Shown here: positions 7,724 to 18,158 of the stretch, one piece after another
Layout: each line of letters begins with the position of its first letter
Position numbering within the stretch: position 1 is the first letter of the stretch
NCBI GenBank assembly: GCA_001779925.1
Contig: MFEK01000007.1
Coordinates: 4,108 to 68,107, forward strand
Source of the DNA: Candidatus Doudnabacteria bacterium RIFCSPHIGHO2_01_FULL_46_14
Lineage (GTDB): Bacteria; Patescibacteriota; Doudnabacteria; UBA920; 2-01-FULL-46-14
Reading direction: 5' to 3'
Length of the DNA stretch: 64,000 nt
The notes under the pieces: generated by a model
What the model saw: only the letters and a program-made list of their open reading frames with translations
Database searches by the model: none
Told to the model about the DNA's origin: nothing
Translations under genes and position numbers: made by a program

Positions 7724-9502
7724 TTAAACTTTCGCCACCGGCTTTACGTTTTTTTCTTCCACGAGCGGCAAACTGAAATAAAATGTAGTGCCTTTTCCTT
7801 CGGCTGAGATGACATTTACGCGCCCGCCGTGCGCTTCCACTATTCCTTTGACGATAACAAGACCAAGGCCGGATCCTTTCTTTTCGCTTTTACTGGCTGT
7901 GGACAGCTGCTGGAATTTATTGAAAAGCCTGCCTACTTCAACCTCCGGAATACCCATCCCGGTATCAGAGATGCTTATGATAAGTTCATCCATGGCGCAA
8001 ACATTGCCCTTTGCAAACACCGGCCACGGCAATTTAAGGTTTTCCGCGTGCACGCCAACGTCATCGTCCCGTTTGCAGACAAACGCGGACAAGGTAATCT
8101 TGCCGCCAGGCGGCGTAAATTTGATGGCATTGGAAATGATATTGTTAAAAACCTGGGTGATTTTCATGTCATCCAAAGCAAGCGAATCCGGAACCTCCGG
8201 ACCCACGTTCTCCACGATTTCCAAGCGCGATTCGGCAGCGAGACTGGTGAAGGACTCGATCCGCTGCTTGATAATCTTTTTGATATCGCCCGGCTTTTTG
8301 AAAACCTGAAATTTGCCAGCCTCTATTTTGGCCACATCCAAGAGATCATTCACCAGATCCAGCATAGAGGAAGAATTTACGGAAATCAGGCTGACAAATT
8401 CCTGATATTTTTTTTGCTCATTTTTTATTTTTTCGCTTTTGAGCAAATCCGCAATACTCCGTATGCCAGTCAAAGGCGAGCGGAGTTCGTGCACCATCAT
8501 CGAGGTGAAATCCTCCCGCATTTTTTCCACCTCTTTTTCGTGCGTGACATCATGGAACAGCACCACGCTGCCGATCGGCTCGTTTTTATTATCTTTTACC
8601 GGACTGATCAAAATCTGCACAAACCGCCCTTCGATCGCCACCTCGTCCTCGACAATAACCTCATCTTTCCTGATGCTTTCTTCTATCTTTGTGCGCAGAT
8701 CTAAATGATCAGAGAGTTTATCGAGAATCTCAAAAATTGTCGGATGCTCAGCTTTTATCCCCAACAGTGTCCGAGTTTGAGGATTGACAACCATAACACG
8801 GTTGGCCGGATCCACCATTAGAACACCGTCAGCCATACTTGAGACCATCGAGTTAAGTTTGCCTTTTTCGACCTCCAAAACGATCTCCAGCTTGGAGACA
8901 GCCTCGGAGGCCTGGTTCATAATTGTATATAAAATCTCCACCTCCTGACTGGTTTTATAAAGACCGGGCTTTGTCGAGGCAACAGTAAAAATTCCGGCAG
9001 GGCGGTTGTTGATAACAATCGGAATGTTGAAAAACGATTCCACCTTGGACGCGTTGGTCGGGTCAGTGACCACACCGGTAACAGTCTCATCCACATCGCT
9101 TTCCGTATAATTTTTTCCAAGCAAGGTAGAAAAAGATTTCAGCATTCGTATTCTGGCATCGGCGATAAATCCTTTGCTCACCGGCTCGGCGAGATTGACG
9201 TGATATAAAAGCCGCCCCGATTCCGTGGGCAGCATGTAAACGACCATGGAGTACGGCAAAAGATTGCCCAGGGAAGAAGAAATAATGTCTACGATTTTCT
9301 GAACATTCAGTGAATAGCCAATACGCTCTCCCAGTTCCCGCAAAATCGAAATCTCGTACATGCGGCGCCTCATCAGCTCTTCACGGTCAATCAATCGGGC
9401 ATATAAACGACGAAATTCAATCCAGGCAACAATCAAAACTACCAGGCTAAAAATGGCCGCCCAAAATATTGGATCTGTCGAAATACCAGGATTAAACATC
9501 AA
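7724..9502 (-). CDS. Sensor histidine kinase (TM-GAF-PAS-HisKA-HATPase)
   Basis: VHELRSPL, NAIKFT, GSGLGL, PAS-like DGVLMVD. Confidence 0.9.
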   Translation of the reverse strand: MMFNPGISTDPIFWAAIFSLVVLIVAWIEFRRLYARLIDREELMRRRMYEISILRELGERIGYSLNVQKIVDIISSSLGNLLPYSMVVYMLPTESGRLLYHVNLAEPVSKGFIADARIRMLKSFSTLLGKNYTESDVDETVTGVVTDPTNASKVESFFNIPIVINNRPAGIFTVASTKPGLYKTSQEVEILYTIMNQASEAVSKLEIVLEVEKGKLNSMVSSMADGVLMVDPANRVMVVNPQTRTLLGIKAEHPTIFEILDKLSDHLDLRTKIEESIRKDEVIVEDEVAIEGRFVQILISPVKDNKNEPIGSVVLFHDVTHEKEVEKMREDFTSMMVHELRSPLTGIRSIADLLKSEKIKNEQKKYQEFVSLISVNSSSMLDLVNDLLDVAKIEAGKFQVFKKPGDIKKIIKQRIESFTSLAAESRLEIVENVGPEVPDSLALDDMKITQVFNNIISNAIKFTPPGGKITLSAFVCKRDDDVGVHAENLKLPWPVFAKGNVCAMDELIISISDTGMGIPEVEVGRLFNKFQQLSTASKSEKKGSGLGLVIVKGIVEAHGGRVNVISAEGKGTTFYFSLPLVEEKNVKPVAKV

Positions 9503-9526
9503 AAATTATGATCGCCGATGAAACGA

Positions 9527-9823
9527 TTACTTCGCGATTCGAGTAAGTTTGGAAAAACCGATACCACAGCATAACAGCCCCAAAATCAGCAAAGAATTAT
9601 GAACCATTTCCGGATCGGAAAACCCTATAATATTTAAAACACTGAGATTGGCAAAAGTATCAAACACCCGGTCTAGTGACTCAATTGTAAAAAAAACAAT
9701 ACCAAGGCCGATCCATTTTAGAGCCGTACCAATGAGCCCGCCGTATGATTTGGTAGTTTGCCACAGCGTGTAAGCAACCCCGATAATAATGACTGCGATA
9801 AACCCTTGTAATATTAAAACCAT
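9527..9823 (-). CDS. Small 3-TM membrane protein
   Basis: Hydrophobic 98-aa ORF inside the kinase operon. Confidence 0.7.
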   Translation of the reverse strand: MVLILQGFIAVIIIGVAYTLWQTTKSYGGLIGTALKWIGLGIVFFTIESLDRVFDTFANLSVLNIIGFSDPEMVHNSLLILGLLCCGIGFSKLTRIAK

Positions 9824-9839
9824 TTGTTTGTATTTTTTA

Positions 9840-9938
9840 CCCCGTTAGAAATCCACGTTAATAATTGAACTCTTAAAATTATTCTTAAAATAAACTACAT
9901 TCCCGCTCAAGAAAGATCGACATAGATTTCTAACTGGG
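9840..9938. mobile_element. Family B MITE, copy 2 (supplies the stop codon of the upstream gene)
   Basis: CCCCGTTAGAAATC / GATTTCTAACTGGG; flanks TTTA and TAAA, so the target duplication is imperfect. Confidence 0.75.
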
Positions 9939-10208
9939 TAAATTCAATTTTATGCCGGGATATTTGGCGAAAACCGGATTCAAAATATTTTTTACGATCG
10001 CGCCGGAGAGCGCGATGTATTCGTCAACGAGTTTCTGAAGAATCGCCTGAGCATTATTTTCATCAATGCTGAGAACCTCTCCCTTGTCGCTGAGCTTCAA
10101 GCCCGCGACGTTTGTTGCTTTGCGAATGGCAATCTCCGGACCGAGAATATCCATTTGTTTGCTGATAATCTCCTCAATGAGTTTTTTGTAATCCTGGTCG
10201 ATAGCCAT
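9930..10208 (-). CDS. Hypothetical protein in two-component operon
   Basis: 92 aa, abuts the receiver gene stop codon. Confidence 0.75.
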   Translation of the reverse strand: MAIDQDYKKLIEEIISKQMDILGPEIAIRKATNVAGLKLSDKGEVLSIDENNAQAILQKLVDEYIALSGAIVKNILNPVFAKYPGIKLNLPS

Positions 10209-10613
10209 TTAAGTAGCCGCGGCTCCTGTGCCGCGCCCCCTGGCAATCACGGTTTTGACTTTATCAAGCAAATCTTCGAGTTTATAATTGGCTTTTACTA
10301 AATAATCCATAGCGCCGAGGGACAAGGCCTCCGAAATTCGCTCGTAATCCGAAAGGTTGGTCAAAATTACAACAGGAATATCGCGCAGCTCACTATCCCC
10401 TTTTAAGCGCTGCAGCATTTCCATACCGTCCATTCTCGGCATGACTAAATCAAGCAGGATCAAATCCGGATGGAACGATTTGACCTTATCCAGACCGTCC
10501 TGCCCGTCGACAGCGCCTCCTACGTCATAGCCGCCGTTTAAGAGCTCTTCTTTAAGAGCGGTAAGTAAGATTTCCTCATCTTCGACCACGAGAATCTTCG
10601 CTTTATCTGCCAT
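10209..10613 (-). CDS. Single-domain response regulator
   Basis: VVEDE, LLDLVMP, ILTN, YLVKA. Confidence 0.92.
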   Translation of the reverse strand: MADKAKILVVEDEEILLTALKEELLNGGYDVGGAVDGQDGLDKVKSFHPDLILLDLVMPRMDGMEMLQRLKGDSELRDIPVVILTNLSDYERISEALSLGAMDYLVKANYKLEDLLDKVKTVIARGRGTGAAAT

Positions 10614-10710
10614 ATTGCAATTGTCCTTTTGATTTCAAACTAAAGTATTAAGTTATTGTATTATATCATGCTTTGACTGTTTGTGTCAAAATTGATAGAA
10701 TTCCTGACGT

Positions 10711-10723
10711 GCCACCTTAGCTC
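10711..10723 (+). pseudogene. Orphan tRNA 5' fragment (Thr-like)
   Basis: GCCACCTTAGCTC directly after a TAGAAT -10 box and cut off by a twin hairpin. Confidence 0.5.
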
Positions 10724-10756
10724 TCCGACCGCAGTCGGAGTCCGACTTTGGTCGGA
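10724..10756. repeat. Family A-like twin hairpin (6-4-6)x2
   Basis: TCCGAC-CGCA-GTCGGA G TCCGAC-TTTG-GTCGGA. Confidence 0.7.
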
Positions 10757-10766
10757 CAGTCAATAT

Positions 10767-10842
10767 GCCGGGATAGCTCAGCTGGTAGAGCAGCTGTTTT
10801 GTAAACAGCAGGTCGCAGGTTCAAGCCCTGTTCCCGGCTCCA
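10767..10842 (+). tRNA. tRNA-Thr(UGU)
   Basis: Cloverleaf with GCTGT-TTTGTAA-ACAGC and CCA. Confidence 0.95.
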
Positions 10843-10843
10843 C

Positions 10844-10929
10844 GGGCGGTTGGTAGAGTGGTCTATTACACCAGACTGTAAATCTGGCGGCTTATGCCTT
10901 CGGGGGTTCGAATCCCTCACCGCCCACCA
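10844..10929 (+). tRNA. tRNA-Tyr(GUA)
   Basis: CCAGA-CTGTAAA-TCTGG, long variable arm, CCA. Confidence 0.95.
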
Positions 10930-10930
10930 C

Positions 10931-10958
10931 AAAAAAATCCTCTCATGAGGATTTTTTT
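10931..10958. terminator. Terminator after the tRNA pair
   Basis: AAAAAAATCCTC-TCAT-GAGGATTTTTTT. Confidence 0.7.
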
Positions 10959-11053
10959 GTTTGTCACCATAACATCACACATTATTAGCATACGAATGCT
11001 GTCAATTACCAAAACTTCACCCCTACCGCCAAGGGAGAGTGGAATATCAATGA

Positions 11054-11569
11054 CTATTCGACGATCAGCTTGCCTTTCATGCCTGCGGCGCGGTGGATGG
11101 AGACGGAACAATAATACTCGAACGTGCCGGTTTTGTCGGCGATAAACTCCACAGAAGTTTTAGTGCCTGGGTTCACTCTTTCCGTATTGGCTTTGAATTC
11201 ATCCACTACCCAGTCATGAAACCCGTCAGTGCTTTCGAAATTGATTAACACCCTATCCCCATTTTTCACCTTGATTTCGGTCTGCGAGAATGAAAAATTC
11301 TTTCCAGTGATATTAAAAACTTTGGCTGGCGCTACATCCACGTCTCCCATGTCATCTTTAATTGGTCCTCCATCTGGGTCAGCCGGGGGTGGCGTGGGTG
11401 TTGGGGCAGGAGGGTCAATCGGCGACACTGGCGGCGGTTCAGGCATTGACTCCATGACCTCCCCTATCCCCTCCTCACGGAGAGCGGAATCAGACTTCTT
11501 GTTTTGCATCACATAAATTATCCCTCCGACAGCCGCTAGCAATAAAATTAAAATTACAATTTTCTTCAT
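11054..11569 (-). CDS. Cupredoxin-domain protein
   Basis: H...YYCSVSIHRAAGMKG copper ligands, N-terminal anchor. Confidence 0.88.
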   Translation of the reverse strand: MKKIVILILLLAAVGGIIYVMQNKKSDSALREEGIGEVMESMPEPPPVSPIDPPAPTPTPPPADPDGGPIKDDMGDVDVAPAKVFNITGKNFSFSQTEIKVKNGDRVLINFESTDGFHDWVVDEFKANTERVNPGTKTSVEFIADKTGTFEYYCSVSIHRAAGMKGKLIVE

Positions 11570-11597
11570 GATTTCTTTTGTTACTTGTTAATTGTTG

Positions 11598-12458
11598 CTA
11601 GTTGTTTGTTTGGTATTTTAATTGCATTAATTTTTCACGAGCCAAAGTATTTGTCGGCTCGATCATTAATACTTTCTCCAGGAGAATTTCCGCCTCATCG
11701 CGACCCCCCTTTTTTACCAGAGCCTCTGATAAAATTATCACGGCTTGGGTATTTTCTGCATCCAAATCCACAGCCTTGCGATAATTGAGAATTGCTTCTT
11801 CGAGATGCTTTTTGGCCTCCAGAGTCATTCCCAGGTCGATATATCGGCGGGAATTCTCCGGCTCGAGATCGATAGCGCGCTCGTGAGCGCTGATCGCTTT
11901 GTCATACTGCTTGTGGTTATGGTACGCCTGTCCGAGACTGGCATGATAATGTCCTTTATCCGGGTAGTGCTTGATCAGAAACCGAAAAGTTTCTATTGAT
12001 TCTTTGGTTTTGTTTTGCGCCAAATAAAGCTTCCCTAGATAAGCGAACGCTTGCTCATTATGGGGATCTTTTTTTATAGCCTTAATAAAATGCTGTTCAG
12101 CATCAGCATGTTCACCCTGCTCAAGAAGCTTTTCTCCTTGTTTTATAAAAAACTCGGCTGTTCCGGGAGCCGCGCTTTTAAACGACGGCAATTTCAGCTT
12201 GGGTCGGGGCAAATGAAGTTTGGACAGATGTTTCGGCAGGAAACCCAGCGGCTGGGTTTTTCGGGAAAGCTCTTTGACCTCCAAAACAAAATGCCAGAGT
12301 TTTTGCGAGAGGATCCGCAGCCATTTTATGGTAAAATTTTCAAAATCTCGCAGCAGCACGGGCATGGGGAAGCGGAGCTCCGGTGTCCGGCGAAGCACAA
12401 TCAAAATTATGCCTGCCAATGAAAGCACAATTAATAATTGTGGGATAAACAAAAACAT
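11598..12458 (-). CDS. Membrane-anchored TPR protein
   Basis: Several TPR repeats after an N-terminal TM helix. Confidence 0.85.
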   Translation of the reverse strand: MFLFIPQLLIVLSLAGIILIVLRRTPELRFPMPVLLRDFENFTIKWLRILSQKLWHFVLEVKELSRKTQPLGFLPKHLSKLHLPRPKLKLPSFKSAAPGTAEFFIKQGEKLLEQGEHADAEQHFIKAIKKDPHNEQAFAYLGKLYLAQNKTKESIETFRFLIKHYPDKGHYHASLGQAYHNHKQYDKAISAHERAIDLEPENSRRYIDLGMTLEAKKHLEEAILNYRKAVDLDAENTQAVIILSEALVKKGGRDEAEILLEKVLMIEPTNTLAREKLMQLKYQTNN

Positions 12459-12473
12459 TTTTGATTTTGAAAT

Positions 12474-13070
12474 TTATTCGCCTAAAACGTAGCGTGTGAA
12501 TCTGCGGATTTGGATATTTTCCCCGATGGTAGCAATCTTTTGATTAACAAGCTCCTTGATGGTTATGTCTGGATCTTTGACAAACGGCTGTTCTAAAAGG
12601 CAAATTTCCTGAAAATATTTTTCTAGCTTTCCTTCCACGATTTTTTCGATGATATTAGCGGGTTTGGACTCTGCCACAATCTGCTCGCGGTAAATACTCT
12701 TTTCTTTTTCCACTAGATCAGTCGGGACATTCTCTCGCGCCACGTAAAGCGGGTTTGATGCTGCGACATGTAGCGCCAAATCGTGGGCCAGGGCTTTGAA
12801 ATCCTGATTGCGCGCCACAAAATCGGTTTCACAGTTGATCTCTAAAAGCACGCCGATGCGTCCCTCGCCGTGAATATAAGATTCGACAAGACCCTGACCA
12901 GTCGCGCGATCAGATTTCTTTCCGGCTTTCAAAACCCCCTTCTTGCGCAAAACCTCTACGGCAGCGGACACATCCCCCCCGGATTCAGACAAAGCAGTTT
13001 TGGCATCCATTACCCCGGCGCCTGTCTGTTCGCGCAAAGCCTTAACTTGTTCAGAGTTGATTTTAATCAT
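12474..13070 (-). CDS. tsf: Elongation factor Ts (short form)
   Basis: LREQTGAGVMDAK, NCETDFVAR. Confidence 0.97.
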   Translation of the reverse strand: MIKINSEQVKALREQTGAGVMDAKTALSESGGDVSAAVEVLRKKGVLKAGKKSDRATGQGLVESYIHGEGRIGVLLEINCETDFVARNQDFKALAHDLALHVAASNPLYVARENVPTDLVEKEKSIYREQIVAESKPANIIEKIVEGKLEKYFQEICLLEQPFVKDPDITIKELVNQKIATIGENIQIRRFTRYVLGE

Positions 13071-13073
13071 TGC

Positions 13074-13811
13074 TTATTTTTTCGGCAATGCCGACGTATC
13101 CGCCATAGGGACTGCGGCAACGGGCATCTCCAATTTACCCTCATTAACTGCAGCCGCAACCGCATCGCACATTAGGCTGATGGCTTTTATTGAATCATCG
13201 TTGCTGGGAATGACATAATCAATATCTTCCGGGTCAGAATTTGTATCCAGGAGGCCGATCACTTTGATTTTGGTCTTTTGCGCTTCTGTGACCGCGATCT
13301 TGTCATGATTAATATCCACCGCAAAAATCGCTTCAGGAAGTTTTTTTAGATCCTTGATGCCTTCAAAAAGATTGGCCAGTTTGGAGATCTCGCGCTCGAT
13401 GAGCAGTCGTTCTTTTTTGATATATTTTGTCTCAAAATCCGGACTCACTGCCAATTTCTGCAGCCGTTCCAATTTCTTGATGGTCTTCTGGATGGTTTTA
13501 AAATTGGTAAAAGTCCCGCCCAGCCAGCGGATCGTGACATAAGGCATGCCGCAAGAGACAGCGGCTTTCTTGACTGCGTCCTTTGCCTGGCGTTTGGTAC
13601 CGACAAACAATACCTGGCCGCCTTTTTTTGCAACTTCCCGCACGTGGTCGAGCGCCTTTTTCAGCTGTTCGAGAGTTTTTTCGAGATTGATAACGTGGAT
13701 GCGGTTGCGAGTAGTAAAAATGTACCGCTGCATTTTCGGATTCCACCGGCTGGAGAGATGTCCAAAATGCACCCCTGCTGTGAGCAGTTCTTCTAGTGTT
13801 GGGTAAGTCAT
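13074..13811 (-). CDS. rpsB: 30S ribosomal protein S2
   Basis: AGVHFGH..RWNPKM, WLGGTFTN, PSNDDS. Confidence 0.98.
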   Translation of the reverse strand: MTYPTLEELLTAGVHFGHLSSRWNPKMQRYIFTTRNRIHVINLEKTLEQLKKALDHVREVAKKGGQVLFVGTKRQAKDAVKKAAVSCGMPYVTIRWLGGTFTNFKTIQKTIKKLERLQKLAVSPDFETKYIKKERLLIEREISKLANLFEGIKDLKKLPEAIFAVDINHDKIAVTEAQKTKIKVIGLLDTNSDPEDIDYVIPSNDDSIKAISLMCDAVAAAVNEGKLEMPVAAVPMADTSALPKK

Positions 13812-13980
13812 TGACGAGCTTTCTAGGATTTAGCTTGCCAGCTTTTTAGCCTGGCAACGGAATCCTTCCCTTAAACCTCTTCATCTCGTCATTTTTTTCC
13901 GGGAATTCGTTTTTCCCTCAGGAATCGCGAATCAGGGCCGAAAAAATCAGAGAGAATGTGTGATTAATAATACTTGAACG

Positions 13981-14009
13981 ATTATAACAAGAATGATTAA
14001 CCTGCGCAA
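13981..14009 (-). promoter_or_regulatory. Sigma70 promoter of rpsB-tsf
   Basis: TTGCGC-N17-TATAAT followed by a leader of about 160 nt. Confidence 0.65.
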
Positions 14010-14032
14010 GGCCCGTCTAGCCGGCCATGCCC

Positions 14033-14061
14033 TTGCAAGAATCCTTTTTGCCTGTTATAAT
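14033..14061 (+). promoter_or_regulatory. Sigma70 promoter of rpmE (near-leaderless)
   Basis: TTGCAA-N17-TATAAT with extended -10 TG; ATG 10 nt downstream. Confidence 0.7.
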
Positions 14062-14071
14062 TTCGCTACTT

Positions 14072-14359
14072 ATGAAAAAAAGTTTACACCCAACATATTA
14101 CTCCTCTGCCAAAGTCGTTTGTGCTTGCGGCAATAGTTTTACCACCGGATCCACGCGCGAAGAGATCCATGTGGAAATTTGTAGCGCCTGCCATCCTTTC
14201 TACACCGGTAAACAGAAGCTTGTCGACACTGCCGGCCGCGTGGAAAAATTCCAGAAGCGCATGAAACAAGCAGAGACATCAGTCAAACTCCATATCTCCA
14301 AAAAACACAAGCTCACCAAAAAAGCTGAAGCAAAAGCTGCCAAAAAGGTAGAAAAATAG
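14072..14359 (+). CDS. rpmE: 50S ribosomal protein L31 with basic tail
   Basis: [23 protein letters not shown]. Confidence 0.96.
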   Translation: MKKSLHPTYYSSAKVVCACGNSFTTGSTREEIHVEICSACHPFYTGKQKLVDTAGRVEKFQKRMKQAETSVKLHISKKHKLTKKAEAKAAKKVEK

Positions 14360-14437
14360 ATTAGCGATCTGCGAACAGCGATTGGCGATTTGGTTTTTCC
14401 CGATCGCTCTTCGCCAATTGCTCATCGCTTTATTTAT

Positions 14438-15487
14438 ATGAATTCAAATTATCAATCCATCCTCGACGAATACTCTGATATTCAAAAAAAACTCTCCGAA
14501 GCTTCTGACGGTGAGCAGTTGCGAATATTGGGTAAACGGCAAAAAGAATTGGATAAGGTAGTCAAAAAAATTCAAGAACTGAACGAAATAGAAAAACAGT
14601 TGCAAGAAAACGAAAAATTACTCAAAGATGAGGAGTTAAAAAATATTGCCGAAGAAGAGAAGCAAATCCTTAATTCTAAAATCTTACTTCTTAATTCTGA
14701 ACTTCAAAAAGCCCTAATCCCCCGAGATCCGCTCGACGAAAAAAACGCCATCCTGGAAATCAGGGCTGCTGCCGGCGGCGATGAATCCGGGCTATTTGCC
14801 GCGGAGCTGTTTCGCATGTATCAAAAATATTCCGAATCAAAGAGCTGGAAATTCTTTATTCTTTCGTCGAACCACACCAGCGTCGGAGGGTTCAAAGAAG
14901 TTATTTGTGAAGTCCGAGGCGTAGGATCGTATGGACATTTAAAATATGAGTCGGGCGTACACCGCGTTCAGCGTGTCCCGGAAACCGAAAAATCCGGCCG
15001 GGTCCATACCTCCACCGTGACTGTAGCGGTTCTCCCGGAGCTCGAGGAAAAAGATTTTGAAATAGACCCCAACGATTTAAAAATGGAGGCAACCACCTCA
15101 TCCGGCCACGGCGGACAGTCAGTCAACACAACCTATTCAGCGATCCGAATCACCCATATTCCTACGGGAATTATGGCCCAGTGCCAGGATGAACGGTCGC
15201 AGGTGCAAAACAAAGAAAAAGCCATGCAGGTTATCCGCGCGCGTGTTTACGAATACGAGCAGGAAAAAAAGAACAAGGAACTGCGCGAAAAACGCCTCTC
15301 GCAGATCGGCACTGGGGATCGTAGTGAGAAAATCCGCACCTACAATTTCCCGCAGGACCGCGTAACGGATCACCGCATCAACCAGAATTTTGGCCAAATA
15401 AACAATCTCATGGAAGGCAATATTGAACCGGTCATCCAGGCGCTGATTGCCGAGGATCAAAAGAGAATGTGGGAGTCAAAGAAATGA
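14438..15487 (+). CDS. prfA: Peptide chain release factor 1
   Basis: [22 protein letters not shown]. Confidence 0.97.
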   Translation: MNSNYQSILDEYSDIQKKLSEASDGEQLRILGKRQKELDKVVKKIQELNEIEKQLQENEKLLKDEELKNIAEEEKQILNSKILLLNSELQKALIPRDPLDEKNAILEIRAAAGGDESGLFAAELFRMYQKYSESKSWKFFILSSNHTSVGGFKEVICEVRGVGSYGHLKYESGVHRVQRVPETEKSGRVHTSTVTVAVLPELEEKDFEIDPNDLKMEATTSSGHGGQSVNTTYSAIRITHIPTGIMAQCQDERSQVQNKEKAMQVIRARVYEYEQEKKNKELREKRLSQIGTGDRSEKIRTYNFPQDRVTDHRINQNFGQINNLMEGNIEPVIQALIAEDQKRMWESKK

Positions 15488-16398
15488 CAATCCGGGAAGC
15501 CTTCGTTTGGACGGAAAAAAAAATAAATAAGGCAGATTCACCTCAGTTAGATGCTGAGGTTCTTTTGTCACATACCATAAAAAAATCCAAAGAATTCCTT
15601 TTTGCCAATCCGGACTTCAAACTTTCTAGCTTACAGTTTTCCATTTACAGGTCACTAATTCAGAAGCGCGATAGGCACTGGCCGGTCTCTTACCTCATCG
15701 GCCATAAAGAATTCTACGGCTTGGATTTCAAAGTCACACCCCATGTCTTAATTCCAAGACCGGAGACGGAATTGCTGGTAGAACTCGCGATTCAAAAGAT
15801 AAAAAACAAGCGATTAGCGATTAGAAATATCCTCGACATCGGCACTGGAAGTGGCTGCATTATCACAAGCATTGCTGTCATTGCGAGCCAGAGGCGAAGC
15901 AATCTCAAATTCTATGCGACGGATGTTTCAAATTCCGCTTTGAAAATTGCGAAGTCAAACGCACGTCGTCATAGCGTCGCAAAAAAAATAAAATTCCTCC
16001 ACAGCAATTTACTCTCAACCCTACCAGCTACAGCCTACAAGCTACCATCTCTGATTCTCGCCAACCTCCCCTACCTTACCCCTTCGCAATATAATTCGAA
16101 TCTTGATCTAAAACACGAACCACGCGCGGCATTGGTCGCAGGCCCAGATGGACTGAAATATTACCGGAAATTGTTTCGACAAATTCGTAACTCCCCCAAC
16201 CCCTCTTACCCTAAGAGGGGAACTCCTCCCCTTAGCCTAAGGGGAGGTAGGGAGGGGTTATTGACCCTCCTGCTGGAACATGACCCGTCGCAAACCTCCA
16301 AACTAAAGTTTCTCACCAAACAGTATTTTCCCCAGGCCAAACTGAAATTCCACCGCGATTTATCCGGTCTCAATCGAGTTCTAGAAATAAATCTCTAA
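15484..16398 (+). CDS. prmC: Release factor glutamine methyltransferase with several repeat-derived inserts
   Basis: [21 protein letters not shown]; ATGA overlap with prfA. Confidence 0.93.
   Translation: MTIREAFVWTEKKINKADSPQLDAEVLLSHTIKKSKEFLFANPDFKLSSLQFSIYRSLIQKRDRHWPVSYLIGHKEFYGLDFKVTPHVLIPRPETELLVELAIQKIKNKRLAIRNILDIGTGSGCIITSIAVIASQRRSNLKFYATDVSNSALKIAKSNARRHSVAKKIKFLHSNLLSTLPATAYKLPSLILANLPYLTPSQYNSNLDLKHEPRAALVAGPDGLKYYRKLFRQIRNSPNPSYPKRGTPPLSLRGGREGLLTLLLEHDPSQTSKLKFLTKQYFPQAKLKFHRDLSGLNRVLEINL
16185..16260. repeat. Family C palindrome in frame in prmC
   Basis: First 36 nt match dnaE 30085-30120 at 35 of 36 positions. Confidence 0.85.
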
Positions 16399-16530
16399 TT
16401 TCTTGGAAAAACTAGCAATTGCTAGAAAAAACAAGATTCGTTAAAAGAATCAGGGTTTGACGTGATCGAATTGACATAATTAGACTGACAAACTAAAATA
16501 TAGAATTCCAGAATCCCCAAGGAGGCTGCG

Positions 16531-16842
16531 ATGACTACAAGCGTTGTAGGCGTGGAAATTGTTGAGCGTTTAATCGCTCTGACTGTTCGCGTTCCAGATG
16601 AATGGGTGGCACCCTTGATGAATGCTCTCAAGAATGCTCGCCTCATGACTCTTGAGCGGTTCGGAATGGATGTCACATATCCGAATCCTGAGGGAAGAAA
16701 TCTATACTTCAGGGTGCCGGTAAACAAAGAAACCGAGTTCACAGATTTCCTGCGCCGATTCTGTATAGAACGACAAATCGGTCACAAAGTGCCCGTCACA
16801 AGCATAAGTGTTAGGAATGTGGGGCACAGACCACTGAGCTGA
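16531..16842 (+). CDS. Hypothetical protein
   Basis: 103 aa with AAGGAGG Shine-Dalgarno and a downstream hairpin. Confidence 0.65.
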   Translation: MTTSVVGVEIVERLIALTVRVPDEWVAPLMNALKNARLMTLERFGMDVTYPNPEGRNLYFRVPVNKETEFTDFLRRFCIERQIGHKVPVTSISVRNVGHRPLS

Positions 16843-16964
16843 GAGCAAGAAAATAGTCGCCGACGAGTATCAGGCACAAATCACCATTTGCTTTTGGTGG
16901 TCTGTGCCTGTTTTTCTTATTGCGCAATATTTGCGAAAAAAGCGGAAATGGTGTAGGATAGGTT

Positions 16965-18059
16965 ATGGACGACAAAATCCGGCTAGGACTCACCTTTGAT
17001 GACGTACTTTTAGAGCCCAGAGAATCTGGGGTGGTGAGAGACGGTGTCCGGCTCGAAACAAAACTCACAAAGAAAATAAGATTACAAATTCCGATTCTTT
17101 CCGCAGCCATGGATACGGTATCTGAAACCGCCATGGCTGTTTCGTTGGGTAAATTGGGCGGCATGGCTGTCATCCACCGCAATTGTTCCATTGAGGCCCA
17201 GGTTAAAATGGTTCGAGACGCCAAAAAACATGACGTTCTTGTGGGCGCTGCTGTTGGCTCTTATGATCTCGAGCGGGCCAAGGCCCTCGACAAAGCTGGC
17301 GCGGATGTAATCGTGGTAGACACAGCTCACGCGCATAATTTGCAAACTATCGCAGGCGCAAAACAAATTAAAAAATCAATTCGAGCAGAGCTGATCGTCG
17401 GCAATATCGCCACCAGCGAGGCGGCCTCGGAACTAGTCAAATTTGCTGATGCCATCAAGGTCGGCATTGGCCCTGGCTCCATCTGCACCACACGCGTGGT
17501 GGCCGGCATTGGCGTTCCCCAACTCACCGCGATTTTGGATGTGGTAAAAATCGCGAACAAAAAAAATATTCCGGTGATTGCTGACGGTGGTATGAAATAT
17601 TCCGGAGACATTGTGAAGGCTCTTGCCGCTGGCGCTTCTACTGTAATGCTTGGTTCTATGCTAGCGGGTACAAAAGAGGCGCCGGGGCAAGTCGTTAAAA
17701 TTGACGGGAAAGAATTCAAATCCTACCGCGGCATGGGCTCTCTCGGTGTAATGCACGGCGGTAAATCTTCTGATAGATATTTTCAAAAGAACCCCCTCTT
17801 CATCTCCCCCTTATTAAGGGGGAGAAAGAGTGGGGGTTATGTGCCGGAAGGCGTGGAGGCCGTGACGCTTTACAAAGGAGAATTACAAGACGTAATTTTC
17901 CAGATTACCGGAGGCCTTGCAAGCGGCATGGGCTACATTGGCGCGCGCACCATTGCCTATATGCCAAAAAGGGCCAAATTCATACGGATAACAAACGCTG
18001 GTCTCAAAGAGTCTCACCCCCATTCTATAACAATAATTAAGCGTTCACCCAATTATTAA
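16965..18059 (+). CDS. guaB: IMP dehydrogenase, lacking the CBS domain
   Basis: [28 protein letters not shown]. Confidence 0.95.
   Translation: MDDKIRLGLTFDDVLLEPRESGVVRDGVRLETKLTKKIRLQIPILSAAMDTVSETAMAVSLGKLGGMAVIHRNCSIEAQVKMVRDAKKHDVLVGAAVGSYDLERAKALDKAGADVIVVDTAHAHNLQTIAGAKQIKKSIRAELIVGNIATSEAASELVKFADAIKVGIGPGSICTTRVVAGIGVPQLTAILDVVKIANKKNIPVIADGGMKYSGDIVKALAAGASTVMLGSMLAGTKEAPGQVVKIDGKEFKSYRGMGSLGVMHGGKSSDRYFQKNPLFISPLLRGRKSGGYVPEGVEAVTLYKGELQDVIFQITGGLASGMGYIGARTIAYMPKRAKFIRITNAGLKESHPHSITIIKRSPNY
17790..17838. repeat. Family C palindrome in frame in the guaB flap
   Basis: AACCCCCTCTTCATCTCCCCCTTATTAAGGGGGAGAAAGAGTGGGGGTT. Confidence 0.8.
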
Positions 18060-18061
18060 TG

Positions 18062-18151
18062 AAAAATGTAAATATCAAAGATCAAAGTGACAGTGTAAAA
18101 TTTTAAAATTTTTAATTGTCATTTTCCATTTTGATTTTTCAATTTTAAATT
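18062..18151. repeat. Inverted AT-rich heptamer array, similar to 48401-48490
   Basis: AAAATGTAAATATCAAA...TGACAGTGT...TTTTAATTGTCATTT shared between the two copies. Confidence 0.75.
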
Positions 18152-18158
18152 TACTCAA

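Noticed and set aside
10717-11145. ORFs at 10717, 10894 and 10917 (also 6021 and 44525)
   Set aside because: Shadow ORFs over tRNA genes and terminators.
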